This document shows, piece after piece, positions 17,501-26,505 of a stretch of 26,505 nt of DNA. The stretch spans positions 1 to 26,505 of the forward strand of contig RFNX01000591.1 in the NCBI GenBank assembly GCA_009926905.1, given 5' to 3'. Below the pieces are notes generated by a model. That model did no database searches. It was given only the letters and a program-made list of their open reading frames with translations, and had not been told where the DNA came from. Made by a program: the position numbers and the translations under genes. How positions within the stretch are numbered: position 1 is the stretch's first letter; each line of letters begins with the position of its first letter. This DNA is from Flavobacteriales bacterium. GTDB lineage: Bacteria; Bacteroidota; Bacteroidia; Flavobacteriales_D; Crocinitomicaceae.

Positions 17501-20500
17501 AAGTGATTCCAACATTCGTCCATTCTACAAAATTACTTGTAGTGTTCAAGGTAGTACTGCCGCGTTCACGTGGAGATAATGCGGTATGTGGTAATTGATG
17601 ATCCCAAATTACAAGATTTGACTCAGTATTTCCATTTAATTCAGCATCTAAATATGGGAATCGAATCGTAAACGTTGCATTAGCTGAGCCCCCAGTTTTT
17701 AATACTTGATATAAGCGTTTTACAGCCGCCCCACCGATTAAGGTATCCGCTGATCCAGGTGTGAAATCACTCGTACCATCCTTATCCACATGTAAACCTT
17801 GGTTTCCTTTTGTGGCAACAACAGTCAATTGTGACGGCAATGAACCTAAATTTTGAGTAAATGCCACTTGCATATTTGCATTTCCAAAAGTGTACGTTGA
17901 ACCATTACTAAACGTTGTTCTTCTTACTTTACCAGTTACATCCCCAGAACCAGTTGTTGTTGCACTTGAACCTAATGTCAATATTACCGAGTTCAAATCA
18001 TTATTACTATCTGTACTGTTAGAAGAACTACTATTTGCATAGTTCCCATAAGATTGAACCAAATCTAACAATCCGTTTGTTATGTCAGGGTTAGAATTGT
18101 TCAAGTTCAAAGTTCCATTGACTGTAAAGTCACTTGAAGCTTTTACACGATTACCAGAAAGTGTCAGATTTTGAACAGCAGTGCTAAATACACCACTTGG
18201 TAAAGTAAGTGATGATGAATTTCCAAAAACTAAAGTTGCGCTTGCGTTACTAGCGTTTACTGACCCAGTTGTTCTAGTAACAGTTGAACCATTTATAGTT
18301 AAAGTATTTGCTCCAACTACCAATGTTCCTGAAGTTAAATCCAAAGCATTACTTACGATAGTACTAGAAGCCAAATTTTTAGAACCTGAACCACTAGTTG
18401 TAAGATTGTAATAAGTTGTACCAGTAACTGTCTGGTTTCCTGAACCATTATAAACAACTGTTCCAGTGGATGCATTGAAAGTTCCATTTCTTACAAATGG
18501 AGTACCCACATAAGGTAAGGTTAAAGTGTATGATGACAAATCCAATGTGCTTGATGCACCAATTGTAACAACCCCAGTTGCACTTACATTGCCTCCCAAC
18601 GTTTTCGTTCCACCAGTATTTGTATTCAGATTATAGTATGCTAAAACTGGAATTGTTTGATAACCAGCCCCATTAAAGTTTACAGTTGCTCCCGTGGTTG
18701 GAGTTGTCCAAGTACCATTATTTACCAATGATCCATTCACATTCAAAATTGCGGATGCGTCGTTTAATGCAAATGTATGCCCGGACTCAATTGTTAAGTT
18801 ATTAACAGATAAGCTATTACCATTGGTTACAGCAGCATTTACAATACAACCACCTGTTGCTGGTAAAATCACATTAGCAGAACTTGAATTTGGATAACTA
18901 CCCGGTACAACATAAATACTAGAGGAAGAATTCCATTGTAACCAGTTCGAAGTAGTTGCCCAATCTGCATCCGTGCTTCCAACCCAAACGAAATCATTGT
19001 TAGACAAGCTTGATACAACTATCGGATTGTTTATTGTAACCACCCAACTTCCTGTTGATTGCGTAAATGAAGTATTACACGTTGCATCTTGTGCCCATCG
19101 CGTAAATGTAGTTGTTGTTGTTAATCCAGATGGGTCATAGCTTGTGGAATTTGTACTAGCTATTGGTGTTCCGTTTGCTCTCCATTCATAGGTTATTGAA
19201 TTGTCGCCACCACTTGCAAGTGATTGACTTGAAATGCTAATAGGGTCTATGTTTGAACAAAGTGTTTCTCCTGAAGTAGCAATTGCTCCAGCTGTAAACT
19301 GAGGGCGAACGATAACTTGAATAGCCGTAGTAGCTGAACTTGAACAAGCATTTCCATTTAATGTTGAAACAGTTGTTCTTCTAAACCAAGAATCTTGAGT
19401 CAATGCATTTGGAGTATAAGTTGCTAAAGTTGGTCCGCTGATGGTTGAGAATCCCGAAGAAGAGTTGGTGGTACTAAGCTCCCAAGTATATGAAATGGTA
19501 CCATCCCCTGTTCCTGCAACTGAACTTGTCAATTCAGATGGAGAAGTATTATAACAAATTGTCTGATTAGAACCAATTGTTCCGGCTGTTACTGCTCCTT
19601 GAATAGTTATCTGTACAGCTGTTGTGGGTACGCTTTCACAGTCAAGACCATTAAGAGTGGAAATTGCTATTCTTCTATACCATGTGGTTGCAGTTAAAGC
19701 CCCAGGTGTATACGTTGCGGAAGTTTCTCCTCCAATAGTTGAATATCCTGAGGATGAACTTGTAGTACTGCTTTCCCAACGATAAGTTATTGTTCCTGAA
19801 CCAGTACCAGAAGCTGTATTTGACAATGCGGTTGGTGTTGAACCATTACATAATGTTTGGTTGGAGCCAATTGTTCCAGCTGTTACTGCACTTTGAACAG
19901 TGATTTGAACCGCCGTTGTTGGTGAGCTTTCGCACGCATTTCCACTTAACGTAGAAACTGTAATTCTTCTAAACCAAGTAGTTGCTGTCAATGCAGATGG
20001 AGATAAACTTGCGCTTGTCCCTCCAATAGAACCAAAACCAGTTGATGCACTTGTAGTACTGCTTTCCCAACGATAAGTTATTGTTCCAGAGCCTGTTCCT
20101 ACAGATGAATTTGAAATTGTTACTGGCGAAGTATTGTTACAAATCGTTTGGTCACTTCCAATTGTACCTGCAGTAGGTCCCGCTTGAACTGTTACTTTAA
20201 TTGCTGTTGTTGGAGCGCTTTCACAGTTAACACCATTTAGTGTAGCAACTGTAATTCTTCTAAACCACGTGTCAGCAGTTAATGCTCCTGATGTATAGGT
20301 TGCAGAAGTTGCGCCACCAATAGTTGAAAAACCTGTTGATGCACTTGTTGTACTGCTTTCCCAACGATATGAAATAGTTGCGCCAGCATTACCTGTTCCT
20401 GAAGAAGTATTTGTAAAGCCGGTAGGTACTGTATTGTTACAAATTGTAACATCAGAACCGATTGAACCAGCTGTAGGAGTGCTTTGTACGGTAATCTTAA

Positions 20501-23500
20501 CTGCTGTTGTTGCCGAACTCTCACACGAAACTGCATTTTGAGTCGAAACCGTATATCTTCTGTACCAATTATCAGCAGTTAATGCTCCTGGTGAATACGT
20601 GCTAGAAGTTGCACCACCTATAGTTGAATAACCCATAGATGAGCTTGTCGTACTATTTTCCCATCTGTATGAAATTGTTCCTGAAGCTGTACCTGCTGAA
20701 CTACTTGTTAAACCTGAAGGTATAGCTCCATTGCAAATTGTTTGGTCACTTCCTATTGTTCCTTCTGTTACTGAACTTTGAACCGTAATAGCAATAACAT
20801 TTGTTGCTCCGCTTTCACAACCAACTGTATTGACTGTTGAAACTGTATAACGTCTGTACCATGTGCTGGCAGTCAATGCTCCAGGTGAGTATGTTGCAGA
20901 AGTTGCTCCACCAATTGTCGAAAATCCAGTTGATGAGCTTGTTGTGCTGCTTTCCCAACGGTATGTAATTGTACCATCACCTGTTCCTACAGATGAACTT
21001 GTCAAGCCACTTGGTATTGCTCCATTACATATTGTTTGGTCAGAACCAATAGAACCTGCTGTTACTGCACCTTGAACAGTAATTTGGATAGCCGAAGTCG
21101 CCGCGCTTTCACAATTCACTCCGTTCGTTGTGGACACCGTGTATCTTCTGTACCAAGTTGTTACTGTTAATGCATCTGGAACGAAAGTTGAGCTTGTTGC
21201 TCCTCCAATTGTTGAATAACCCGTAGATGAACTTGTTGTACTGCTTTCCCAACGGTAGGATAATGTTCCAGAACCAGTTCCAGAAGCTGTATTTGACAAA
21301 GCTGTTGGTGTTGCACCATTACATATTGTTTGGTTGGAACCAATTGTTCCAGCTGTTAAAGTACTTTGAACCGTTATTTGAACTGCAGTTGTTGGTGAGC
21401 TTTCACATGCATTGCCACTCAATGTTGAAACAGTAATTCTTCTAAACCAAGTTGTAGCTGTCAATGCTGATGGCGATAAACTTGCGCTTGTTCCTCCAAT
21501 TGAAGTAAAGCCCGTTGAAGAACTTGTTGTACTGCTTTCCCAACGATAAGTAACTGTTCCTGTACCAGTTCCTGGTGTTGAACTCGTGATTGTTGAAGGT
21601 GAAGTATTGTTACAAATTGTTTGGTCGTTTCCAATTGTGCCTGCTGTAGGACCTGCTTGAACCGTTACTTTAATTGCAGTTGTTGGAGCACTCTCGCAAG
21701 CAACTGAGTTTAAAGTTGCAATTGTTACCCTTCTAAACCACGTGTCAGCAGTTAATGCTCCTGGTGTGTAGGTTGTAGAAGTTGCACCACCAATGGTTGA
21801 AAAACCAGTCGATGAACTTGTAGTACTGCTTTCCCAACGATACGAAATTGTTGCACCAACATTTCCTGTTCCTGATGCATCATTTGTAAATGTTGAAGGT
21901 ACAGTGTTGTTACAAATCGTAACGTCTGAACCGATTGAACCAGCCGTTGGGGTGCTTTGAACAGTTATACTGACGGTTGAAGTAGCAGCACTTTCGCAAG
22001 TAACACCATTTTGAATTGAAACGGTATATCTTCTATACCAGTTATCAGCAGTCAAAGCTCCAGGTGCATAAGTAGAAGTTACTTCGCCTCCAATCGTACT
22101 AAATCCAGCACTTGAACTTGTCGTACTATTTTCCCATCTGTAGGAAATCGTTCCAGAACCTGTTCCTGGTGAACTATTTGTTAATGCTGTAGGCGTAGCT
22201 CCATTACAAATTGTCTGGCTTGTACCAATTGCTCCTGCCGCTACCGAACTTTGAACTGTAATCGTTATTACATTGGAGGCTATGCTTTCACAAGCTATAC
22301 TTGATAATGTTGAAACAGTATATCTTCTAAACCAAGTAGTAGTTGTCAAAGCTCCTGGAGAATACGTTTCAGAAGTTGCCCCACCAATTGTTGAATAACC
22401 AGTTGAGGAACTTGTTGTGCTGCTTTCCCAACGATAAGTAATTGTTCCAGAACCACTACCTGCAGCTGAACTTGTTAAGCCACTTGGAGTTGCTCCATTA
22501 CAAATTGTTTGATCCGACCCAATTGATCCTGCTGTTGGTACACTTTGAACTGTTACTGTCCAAGTACCAGATGATACAGTTGGGGAAGTGTTACAAGCCC
22601 CATCATTGGCATATCTTCTGTAAGAAGTTGTTGCAGTTAATCCCGATGGTGGCGTATAAGTCGAAGAGGTTGCACCTCCGATAGCAGCAGTATATCCATC
22701 TGCTGACGAACGCCAAGTGTATGAAATAACACCATTACCACCAGATGCAGCAACGTTATTTCCAATTACTGTTGGTGTTCCACCATTACAAATAGTTTGG
22801 CCTGTAGTTAGTATTGAACCTGAAGAAAATGCAGGATTTACAGTTACCACTTGACGGTTTCCTGCCCAATTATCATAACATGCGGGAGAACCAACGTCTG
22901 TTACACGCAACGCAAATGTTCTAGTTGCTGTTAAACTTCCAATTGTTGCACCTGTTAATGTTGGAGTGGATGTACTAGATGATCCAATTGCTGTCCAAGA
23001 ACCGATGGCGAATGCTCCTGATGGCGCAGCAACAGTTCCATCTTGATAATACCATTGATATTGAGGAGTTGTTCCTCCACTCGGTGATGCAGAATAAGTA
23101 ATGTCACTCGGTGCTGTGTTGTTACAAATCGTTTGAGTTGCACTTGTGATTGTACCACCGCTAAACGCAGATCGAACCGTAATTTGTCTGGCACCAGTTG
23201 CCCATGTTCCAGTACCACATGTAGGACTTCCGCTAGGTGTCACAAAACATGCATAAGTTGTTGATGATGTAATTCCTGAAGCAGGTGTATATGTCGCTGT
23301 ATTTGCATTGCCTGTTGCGCCCAAACTTGTCCATCCTGTTAATGAAGAACCAGTTGGAGCAGTTATAATTCCTGCTTGTGAATACCATTGATAGGTAAAT
23401 GAAGTTGAACCAGTTGCTCCTGAAACACTCATTGAATTTGGAGTAACGTTATTACAAATTGTTTGATCACCTGAAGCAACAGTTCCATAAGCTACCGAAG

Positions 23501-26426
23501 GTAAAACAGTTACTTGTCTTGCACTAGTTGCCCATGTTGCTGTTCCACATGTTGGACTACCTGTAGGTGTCACATAACATGCATAAGTCGTAGATGATGC
23601 AATTCCTGATGCAGGAGTATAAGTTGCCGTATTTGCTCCATTTGTTGCGCCTAAACTTGTCCAACCTATTAAAGAAGAACCCGTTGGTGCTGCTACTATT
23701 CCTGATTGTGAATACCATTGATAGGTAAACGAAGTAGATCCTGTTGCACCTGAAACACTCATTGAACTTGGTGTCGCATTGTTACATATTGTTTGGTTTC
23801 CAGATGCTACCGTTCCATAAGAAACAGTAGGCAAAACAGTCACCTGTCTAGCACTCGTTGCCCATGTTGCTGTTCCACAAGCTGGACTTCCTGTTGGTGT
23901 TACATAACATGCGTACGTCGTACTTGAAGAAATTCCTGATGCTGGTGTGTAAGTTGCTGTATTTGCACCATTTGTAGCACCCAAACTCGTCCATCCTGTT
24001 AAAGATGAACCTGTTGGTGCAGAAATAATTCCCGCTTGTGAATACCATTGATAGGTGAATGATATGGAACCTGCTGCTCCTGAAACACTCATTGCGCTTG
24101 GCGTGCCACCGTTACATATTGTTTCATTACCTGAAGCAACTGTACCATAAGCAACTGCACTTAAAACTGTAACTTGTCTTGCACTCGTTGCCCATGTTGC
24201 GGTTCCACAAGTTGGACTTCCGCCAGGGGTAACATAACATGCATAAGTTGTAGAGGAAGTAATTCCTGAAGCTGGTGTGTATGTTGCTGTATTTGCACCA
24301 GCTGTTGCACCCAAACTTGTCCAACCAGTTAAAGATGAACCTGTTGGTGCTGCGACTATTCCTGCTTGTGAATACCATTGGTACGTAAACGAGGTTGATC
24401 CTGTTGCTCCTGAAACGCTCATTGCGCTTGGAGTAGCGTTGTTACAAATTGTTTGGTCACCTGATGCAACTGTTCCATAAGCTACTGAAGGTAAAACCGT
24501 TACTTGTCTCGCGCTCGTTGACCAAGTTGCTGTACCACATGTAGGACTTCCTCCTGGGGTCACATAACAAGCATAAGTCGTAGAGGATGAAATACCTGAT
24601 ACTGGTGTATAAGTTGCTGTATTAGCTCCATTAGTTGCACCTAAACTTGTCCATCCAGTTAAAGAAGAGCCTGTAGGAGCTGATACAATTCCTGCCTGTG
24701 AATACCATTGATAACTTAAAGTTCCTGAACCAGTCGCACCTGAAACACTCATCGAACTTGGAGTAGCGTTGCTACAAATTGTCTGATTAGCTGATGCTAC
24801 TGTTCCATAAGAAATTGCAGGAAATACTGTCACTTGTCTTGCACTTGTTGCCCATGTGCCAGTACCACATGTTGGGCTTCCTCCAGGTGTTACGAAACAA
24901 GCGTAAGTTGTTGAGGAAGTAATACCTGATGCAGGAGTATAAGTCGCTGTGTTTGCTCCTCCTGTTGCTCCTAAACTCGTCCATCCTGTTAAAGAGGAAC
25001 CAGTTGGGGCGGCAACAATTCCTGCCTGTGAATACCATTGATAACTAAAAGATGTAGAACCTGCTGCTCCTGAAACACTCATAACACTCGGAGTAACATT
25101 GTTACAAATAGTTTCGTTACCTGAAGCAACCGTACCATAATTAACTGCACTTAAAACTGTAACTTGCCTTGCACTCGTTGCCCATGTTCCTGTACCACAA
25201 GTCGGACTACCACCTGGTGTTACAAAACATGCATAAGTTGTTGAGGATGTTATACCAGATGTTGGCGTGTAAGTTGCCGTATTAGCGCCAGCGGATGCAC
25301 CTAAACTTGTCCATCCTGTTAAAGAAGAACCAGTTGGAGCGGCCACAATACCTGCTTGTGAATACCATTGATAGGTGAATGAACCTGAACCAGTTGCACC
25401 AGAAACACTCATTGAACTTGGTGTTGCATTATTACAAATTGTTTGGTTACCTGAAGCTACAGTTCCATAAGAAACGGTTGGTAAAACAGTTACTGCAGCA
25501 CCAGTGGTAGTTGTACTCCAACAACCGTTGTTATTTGAATTAAAATAATAGGTTCCTGAAGCAGAAACAGATTGTGAAGATGTTTGCGTACCGGTATTAG
25601 TACCATTTATAGTTGTATTTTGCCAATACATTATACCATTGTTACCACCATTTGCAGTTAAAGCTTGTGTAGCACCTGCGCAAATTGTACCACCGCCAGA
25701 AACAGAAACATTATCAGGGGTGGTATGAGAATAGGAAAGTAAAGCTGAGGTTGCATTCCATGAATGAGAAGAACGTGATGCACTAATTCTCAAAGTCGGA
25801 GCAGTCGTACCTGAAAACCAAGCTGTTTGATTGCTAGTAAAATTACCACTACTTCCATCCCCTCCTGAAATTACTCTTGCAGAAAAACCATTAATATTAG
25901 TCGCACCATTATTATTCCAAGTAAAAACATATCGCGTATTGGCTGCTAAATTGATATCTCTCCATTGTCCACTTGCAATCCCTTGATTAGATGTAGTAGC
26001 ACAACCAGATGGAGCAGTTAGTGCTGCACCAGCAATTAATTCTGTCTGCAGACCCGTTACCGTTACTGTTCGACAAGTTGCTTGTGTCCCACAACTACTG
26101 TTGGTGTTAACATGAACAAAATAGCTTTCATTCGAGACTGTGACAAAGTTAAGTGGCTGCGTCCCTGATGCAACAACTGTACCCGCAGAAGTTCCTCTTC
26201 TAATCGTAATAAAATCAGTCGCTATGGAAGATGTTACGGAGAAGTAAGAGCCAGGTATAACACTTGTTAAAGTTCCATATTCAGACGCGTAGTTACAACC
26301 AAAGTTTCCACTCGCACCTGGAGCTGGTGCAGCAATGGAGCCATAGGAAGTCCCATTATTACATTGAGAAAACAAAAAGTTGTTTAGTAACAAATTAAAC
26401 AACAACAATGCGTAAATTTTTTTCAT
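14511..26426 (-). CDS. Giant (3971 aa) T9SS type-A-sorted repetitive surface protein / adhesin
   Basis: Signal peptide MKKIYALLLFNLLLNNFLFS, about 21 Ig-like repeats, a beta-helix-like region, the NPLPVELLSFTG motif, and a C-terminal T9SS type-A domain (KTFPNPS...LRIVDTKG...APGIYYISI). Confidence 0.93.
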   Translation of the reverse strand: MKKIYALLLFNLLLNNFLFSQCNNGTSYGSIAAPAPGASGNFGCNYASEYGTLTSVIPGSYFSVTSSIATDFITIRRGTSAGTVVASGTQPLNFVTVSNESYFVHVNTNSSCGTQATCRTVTVTGLQTELIAGAALTAPSGCATTSNQGIASGQWRDINLAANTRYVFTWNNNGATNINGFSARVISGGDGSSGNFTSNQTAWFSGTTAPTLRISASRSSHSWNATSALLSYSHTTPDNVSVSGGGTICAGATQALTANGGNNGIMYWQNTTINGTNTGTQTSSQSVSASGTYYFNSNNNGCWSTTTTGAAVTVLPTVSYGTVASGNQTICNNATPSSMSVSGATGSGSFTYQWYSQAGIVAAPTGSSLTGWTSLGASAGANTATYTPTSGITSSTTYACFVTPGGSPTCGTGTWATSARQVTVLSAVNYGTVASGNETICNNVTPSVMSVSGAAGSTSFSYQWYSQAGIVAAPTGSSLTGWTSLGATGGANTATYTPASGITSSTTYACFVTPGGSPTCGTGTWATSARQVTVFPAISYGTVASANQTICSNATPSSMSVSGATGSGTLSYQWYSQAGIVSAPTGSSLTGWTSLGATNGANTATYTPVSGISSSTTYACYVTPGGSPTCGTATWSTSARQVTVLPSVAYGTVASGDQTICNNATPSAMSVSGATGSTSFTYQWYSQAGIVAAPTGSSLTGWTSLGATAGANTATYTPASGITSSTTYACYVTPGGSPTCGTATWATSARQVTVLSAVAYGTVASGNETICNGGTPSAMSVSGAAGSISFTYQWYSQAGIISAPTGSSLTGWTSLGATNGANTATYTPASGISSSTTYACYVTPTGSPACGTATWATSARQVTVLPTVSYGTVASGNQTICNNATPSSMSVSGATGSTSFTYQWYSQSGIVAAPTGSSLIGWTSLGATNGANTATYTPASGIASSTTYACYVTPTGSPTCGTATWATSARQVTVLPSVAYGTVASGDQTICNNVTPNSMSVSGATGSTSFTYQWYSQAGIITAPTGSSLTGWTSLGATGNANTATYTPASGITSSTTYACFVTPSGSPTCGTGTWATGARQITVRSAFSGGTITSATQTICNNTAPSDITYSASPSGGTTPQYQWYYQDGTVAAPSGAFAIGSWTAIGSSSTSTPTLTGATIGSLTATRTFALRVTDVGSPACYDNWAGNRQVVTVNPAFSSGSILTTGQTICNGGTPTVIGNNVAASGGNGVISYTWRSSADGYTAAIGGATSSTYTPPSGLTATTSYRRYANDGACNTSPTVSSGTWTVTVQSVPTAGSIGSDQTICNGATPSGLTSSAAGSGSGTITYRWESSTTSSSTGYSTIGGATSETYSPGALTTTTWFRRYTVSTLSSIACESIASNVITITVQSSVAAGAIGTSQTICNGATPTALTNSSPGTGSGTISYRWENSTTSSSAGFSTIGGEVTSTYAPGALTADNWYRRYTVSIQNGVTCESAATSTVSITVQSTPTAGSIGSDVTICNNTVPSTFTNDASGTGNVGATISYRWESSTTSSSTGFSTIGGATSTTYTPGALTADTWFRRVTIATLNSVACESAPTTAIKVTVQAGPTAGTIGNDQTICNNTSPSTITSSTPGTGTGTVTYRWESSTTSSSTGFTSIGGTSASLSPSALTATTWFRRITVSTLSGNACESSPTTAVQITVQSTLTAGTIGSNQTICNGATPTALSNTASGTGSGTLSYRWESSTTSSSTGYSTIGGATSSTFVPDALTVTTWYRRYTVSTTNGVNCESAATSAIQITVQGAVTAGSIGSDQTICNGAIPSGLTSSSVGTGDGTITYRWESSTTSSSTGFSTIGGATSATYSPGALTASTWYRRYTVSTVNTVGCESGATNVIAITVQSSVTEGTIGSDQTICNGAIPSGLTSSSAGTASGTISYRWENSTTSSSMGYSTIGGATSSTYSPGALTADNWYRRYTVSTQNAVSCESSATTAVKITVQSTPTAGSIGSDVTICNNTVPTGFTNTSSGTGNAGATISYRWESSTTSASTGFSTIGGATSATYTSGALTADTWFRRITVATLNGVNCESAPTTAIKVTVQAGPTAGTIGSDQTICNNTSPVTISNSSVGTGSGTITYRWESSTTSASTGFGSIGGTSASLSPSALTATTWFRRITVSTLSGNACESSPTTAVQITVQSAVTAGTIGSNQTLCNGSTPTALSNTASGTGSGTITYRWESSTTSSSSGYSTIGGETSATYTPGALTATTWYRRIAISTLNGLDCESVPTTAVQITIQGAVTAGTIGSNQTICYNTSPSELTSSVAGTGDGTISYTWELSTTNSSSGFSTISGPTLATYTPNALTQDSWFRRTTVSTLNGNACSSSATTAIQVIVRPQFTAGAIATSGETLCSNIDPISISSQSLASGGDNSITYEWRANGTPIASTNSTSYDPSGLTTTTTFTRWAQDATCNTSFTQSTGSWVVTINNPIVVSSLSNNDFVWVGSTDADWATTSNWLQWNSSSSIYVVPGSYPNSSSANVILPATGGCIVNAAVTNGNSLSVNNLTIESGHTFALNDASAILNVNGSLVNNGTWTTPTTGATVNFNGAGYQTIPVLAYYNLNTNTGGTKTLGGNVSATGVVTIGASSTLDLSSYTLTLPYVGTPFVRNGTFNASTGTVVYNGSGNQTVTGTTYYNLTTSGSGSKNLASSTIVSNALDLTSGTLVVGANTLTINGSTVTRTTGSVNASNASATLVFGNSSSLTLPSGVFSTAVQNLTLSGNRVKASSDFTVNGTLNLNNSNPDITNGLLDLVQSYGNYANSSSSNSTDSNNDLNSVILTLGSSATTTGSGDVTGKVRRTTFSNGSTYTFGNANMQVAFTQNLGSLPSQLTVVATKGNQGLHVDKDGTSDFTPGSADTLIGGAAVKRLYQVLKTGGSANATFTIRFPYLDAELNGNTESNLVIWDHQLPHTALSPRERGSTTLNTTSNFVEWTNVGITSLTDEGDASKTKYWMIAEKNSTDTLWIGAANGSEGTKWNNKTNWSSGAVPSSWSKIVVNPNIYDQELALTGTNQAASLTILSGGRVNGGSGTLTLNGASAWTNNGTFEAGTSTVVISNNNATMAGNTKFYNLSISSGKKLTMQTAAVDTIMNELIIDGTLDATTNNNTIVFAGEYQVIPPTNHTVPGYYNLVINQSNGASATSADVLAVKGNLTVQNGTLDMNSNNLEVKGDFINNGTITGSPNVSLNGTSSQSIEGSSVTTFINLNIEGASGTVTTNQDINVEGTLTLNASKTLNAGSAIIEFRGGGSPFVSDGTFNQNTSTVKFVSTDPTDINALTYYNLTSTGNVTKTLLGNTVVTNELSIDESTIALSTNKLTTKGLTTSTNGKLNASAGELELTNTSNLTLASDVFETSAVNILTLSGASDVELGGDVTITGELKLPQGTLKLGTNTLTIDSDATMSRTNGWLNPETTGSIIYKAASLPVSIMPSPIIPNLEIDRVGGTVTISNDLEISGAFKMTDGTFNIANHTLKLSGDMIHIAGGIDADAGKVDFNNNALWSLPTGFFDGDVKQLKVSGAGGISLSDDAKITDVITMNGGNVTLASGKTLEIGSSKTNVGSVEWSSGSVVGPLKRWFAASTNSSQESGIFPVGTSSLNRYAQVNFTAAPEGGYLIVNFHEGLAPDSYSSFPLQYFDPGNTNQRYYIQNADELGYWEMTPYSESGVAYAALDNTEYDLYLRLNNPFSVSQGGVLNDPPRLRLIRAKGNSNGTHDDWTLAGTHEVIQAFTAGEDYKVGSGGVVGFSWFNGGGDNANPLPVELLSFTGNCSEEKTKLTWQTASEFNSAYFEIQTSRDGENWMVVNTQPAAGTSFEKLSYTFETETASQELYYRLRQVDVDGMDKVYDPILIGCGDENKYSFKTFPNPSDNNFKVVVNNQQLVGKATLRIVDTKGTEVMIKEVNVQDGTNMFFVNENVAPGIYYISINNETTSTEVIKHSIR
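19302..22541 (-). repeat. Eleven tandem 97-100-aa intragenic Ig-like repeats (family B) containing a 5-unit, 1473-bp superduplication
   Basis: Each unit runs AG.IG..QTIC...YRWESSTTS...W.RR...CES...ITVQ. TTCTAAACCACGTGTCAGCAGTTAATGCTCCTG occurs at 20258 and 21731, 1473 bp apart. Confidence 0.93.
23170..25479 (-). repeat. Seven tandem 330-bp (110-aa) intragenic repeats (family A)
   Basis: AATACCATTG recurs at 23381, 23711, 24041, 24371, 24701, 25031 and 25361, an exact 330-bp period. Each unit runs YGTVASG.QTIC...YQWYSQ...YAC.VTP.GSPTCGT.TWATSARQVTV. Confidence 0.95.
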
Positions 26427-26476
26427 TTTACTAGTTTTAGAAAAATTACAAATTCGGTTTAGATAGAAAATGTATT

Positions 26477-26484
26477 CAAAAATA
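26477..26484 (-). promoter_or_regulatory. Candidate -7 element TATTTTTG for the giant adhesin gene
   Basis: CAAAAATA on +, 50 nt upstream of ATG 26426. The region is very AT-rich, so a chance match is possible. Confidence 0.4.
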
Positions 26485-26505
26485 TAAAAAATAAGTGAAT
26501 AACAC

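Noticed and set aside
14756-25038. Many 60-100-aa ORFs antisense or off-frame to the giant gene, some similar to each other (MVFT...)
   Set aside because: They arise from the host gene's codon usage and its 330-bp repeats, and none has a recognisable product.
19302-25479. Diversity-generating retroelement TR/VR pair among the adhesin repeats
   Set aside because: Differences are spread over synonymous positions and all bases rather than being adenine-specific, all copies are coding, and there is no reverse transcriptase in the window.

Overview
A 26.5-kb low-GC chromosomal window from a Bacteroidota bacterium, probably Flavobacteriales of the Fluviicola/Crocinitomicaceae type. The phylum call rests on T9SS sorting domains and TAnnTTTG promoters; the family is a guess. 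Left to right it holds: a T9SS type-B cargo adhesin cut by the left edge and missing from the ORF track; recF-DUF721(dciA); two secreted alpha/beta-hydrolases; a DUF3078 barrel; an orphan barrel-like gene bracketed by two related 8-bp tandem arrays; gcvP; bshB1; a Cys-rich HYC_CC_PP-type small gene directly upstream of a Cys-motif TonB-dependent receptor; and a 3971-aa T9SS type-A giant adhesin with nested repeats. I found no rRNA, tRNA, CRISPR array, integrase or transposase. The best leads are: (1) the small gene plus TBDR pair as a possible metal-sensing upstream-ORF or arrest-peptide system, with its conserved-looking PPP C-terminus hidden in the +1 frame; (2) the octamer arrays flanking one orphan gene; (3) the higher-order repeat structure and odd third cysteine of the giant adhesin; (4) clustered indels in bshB1 and the next gene, which may be assembly errors.
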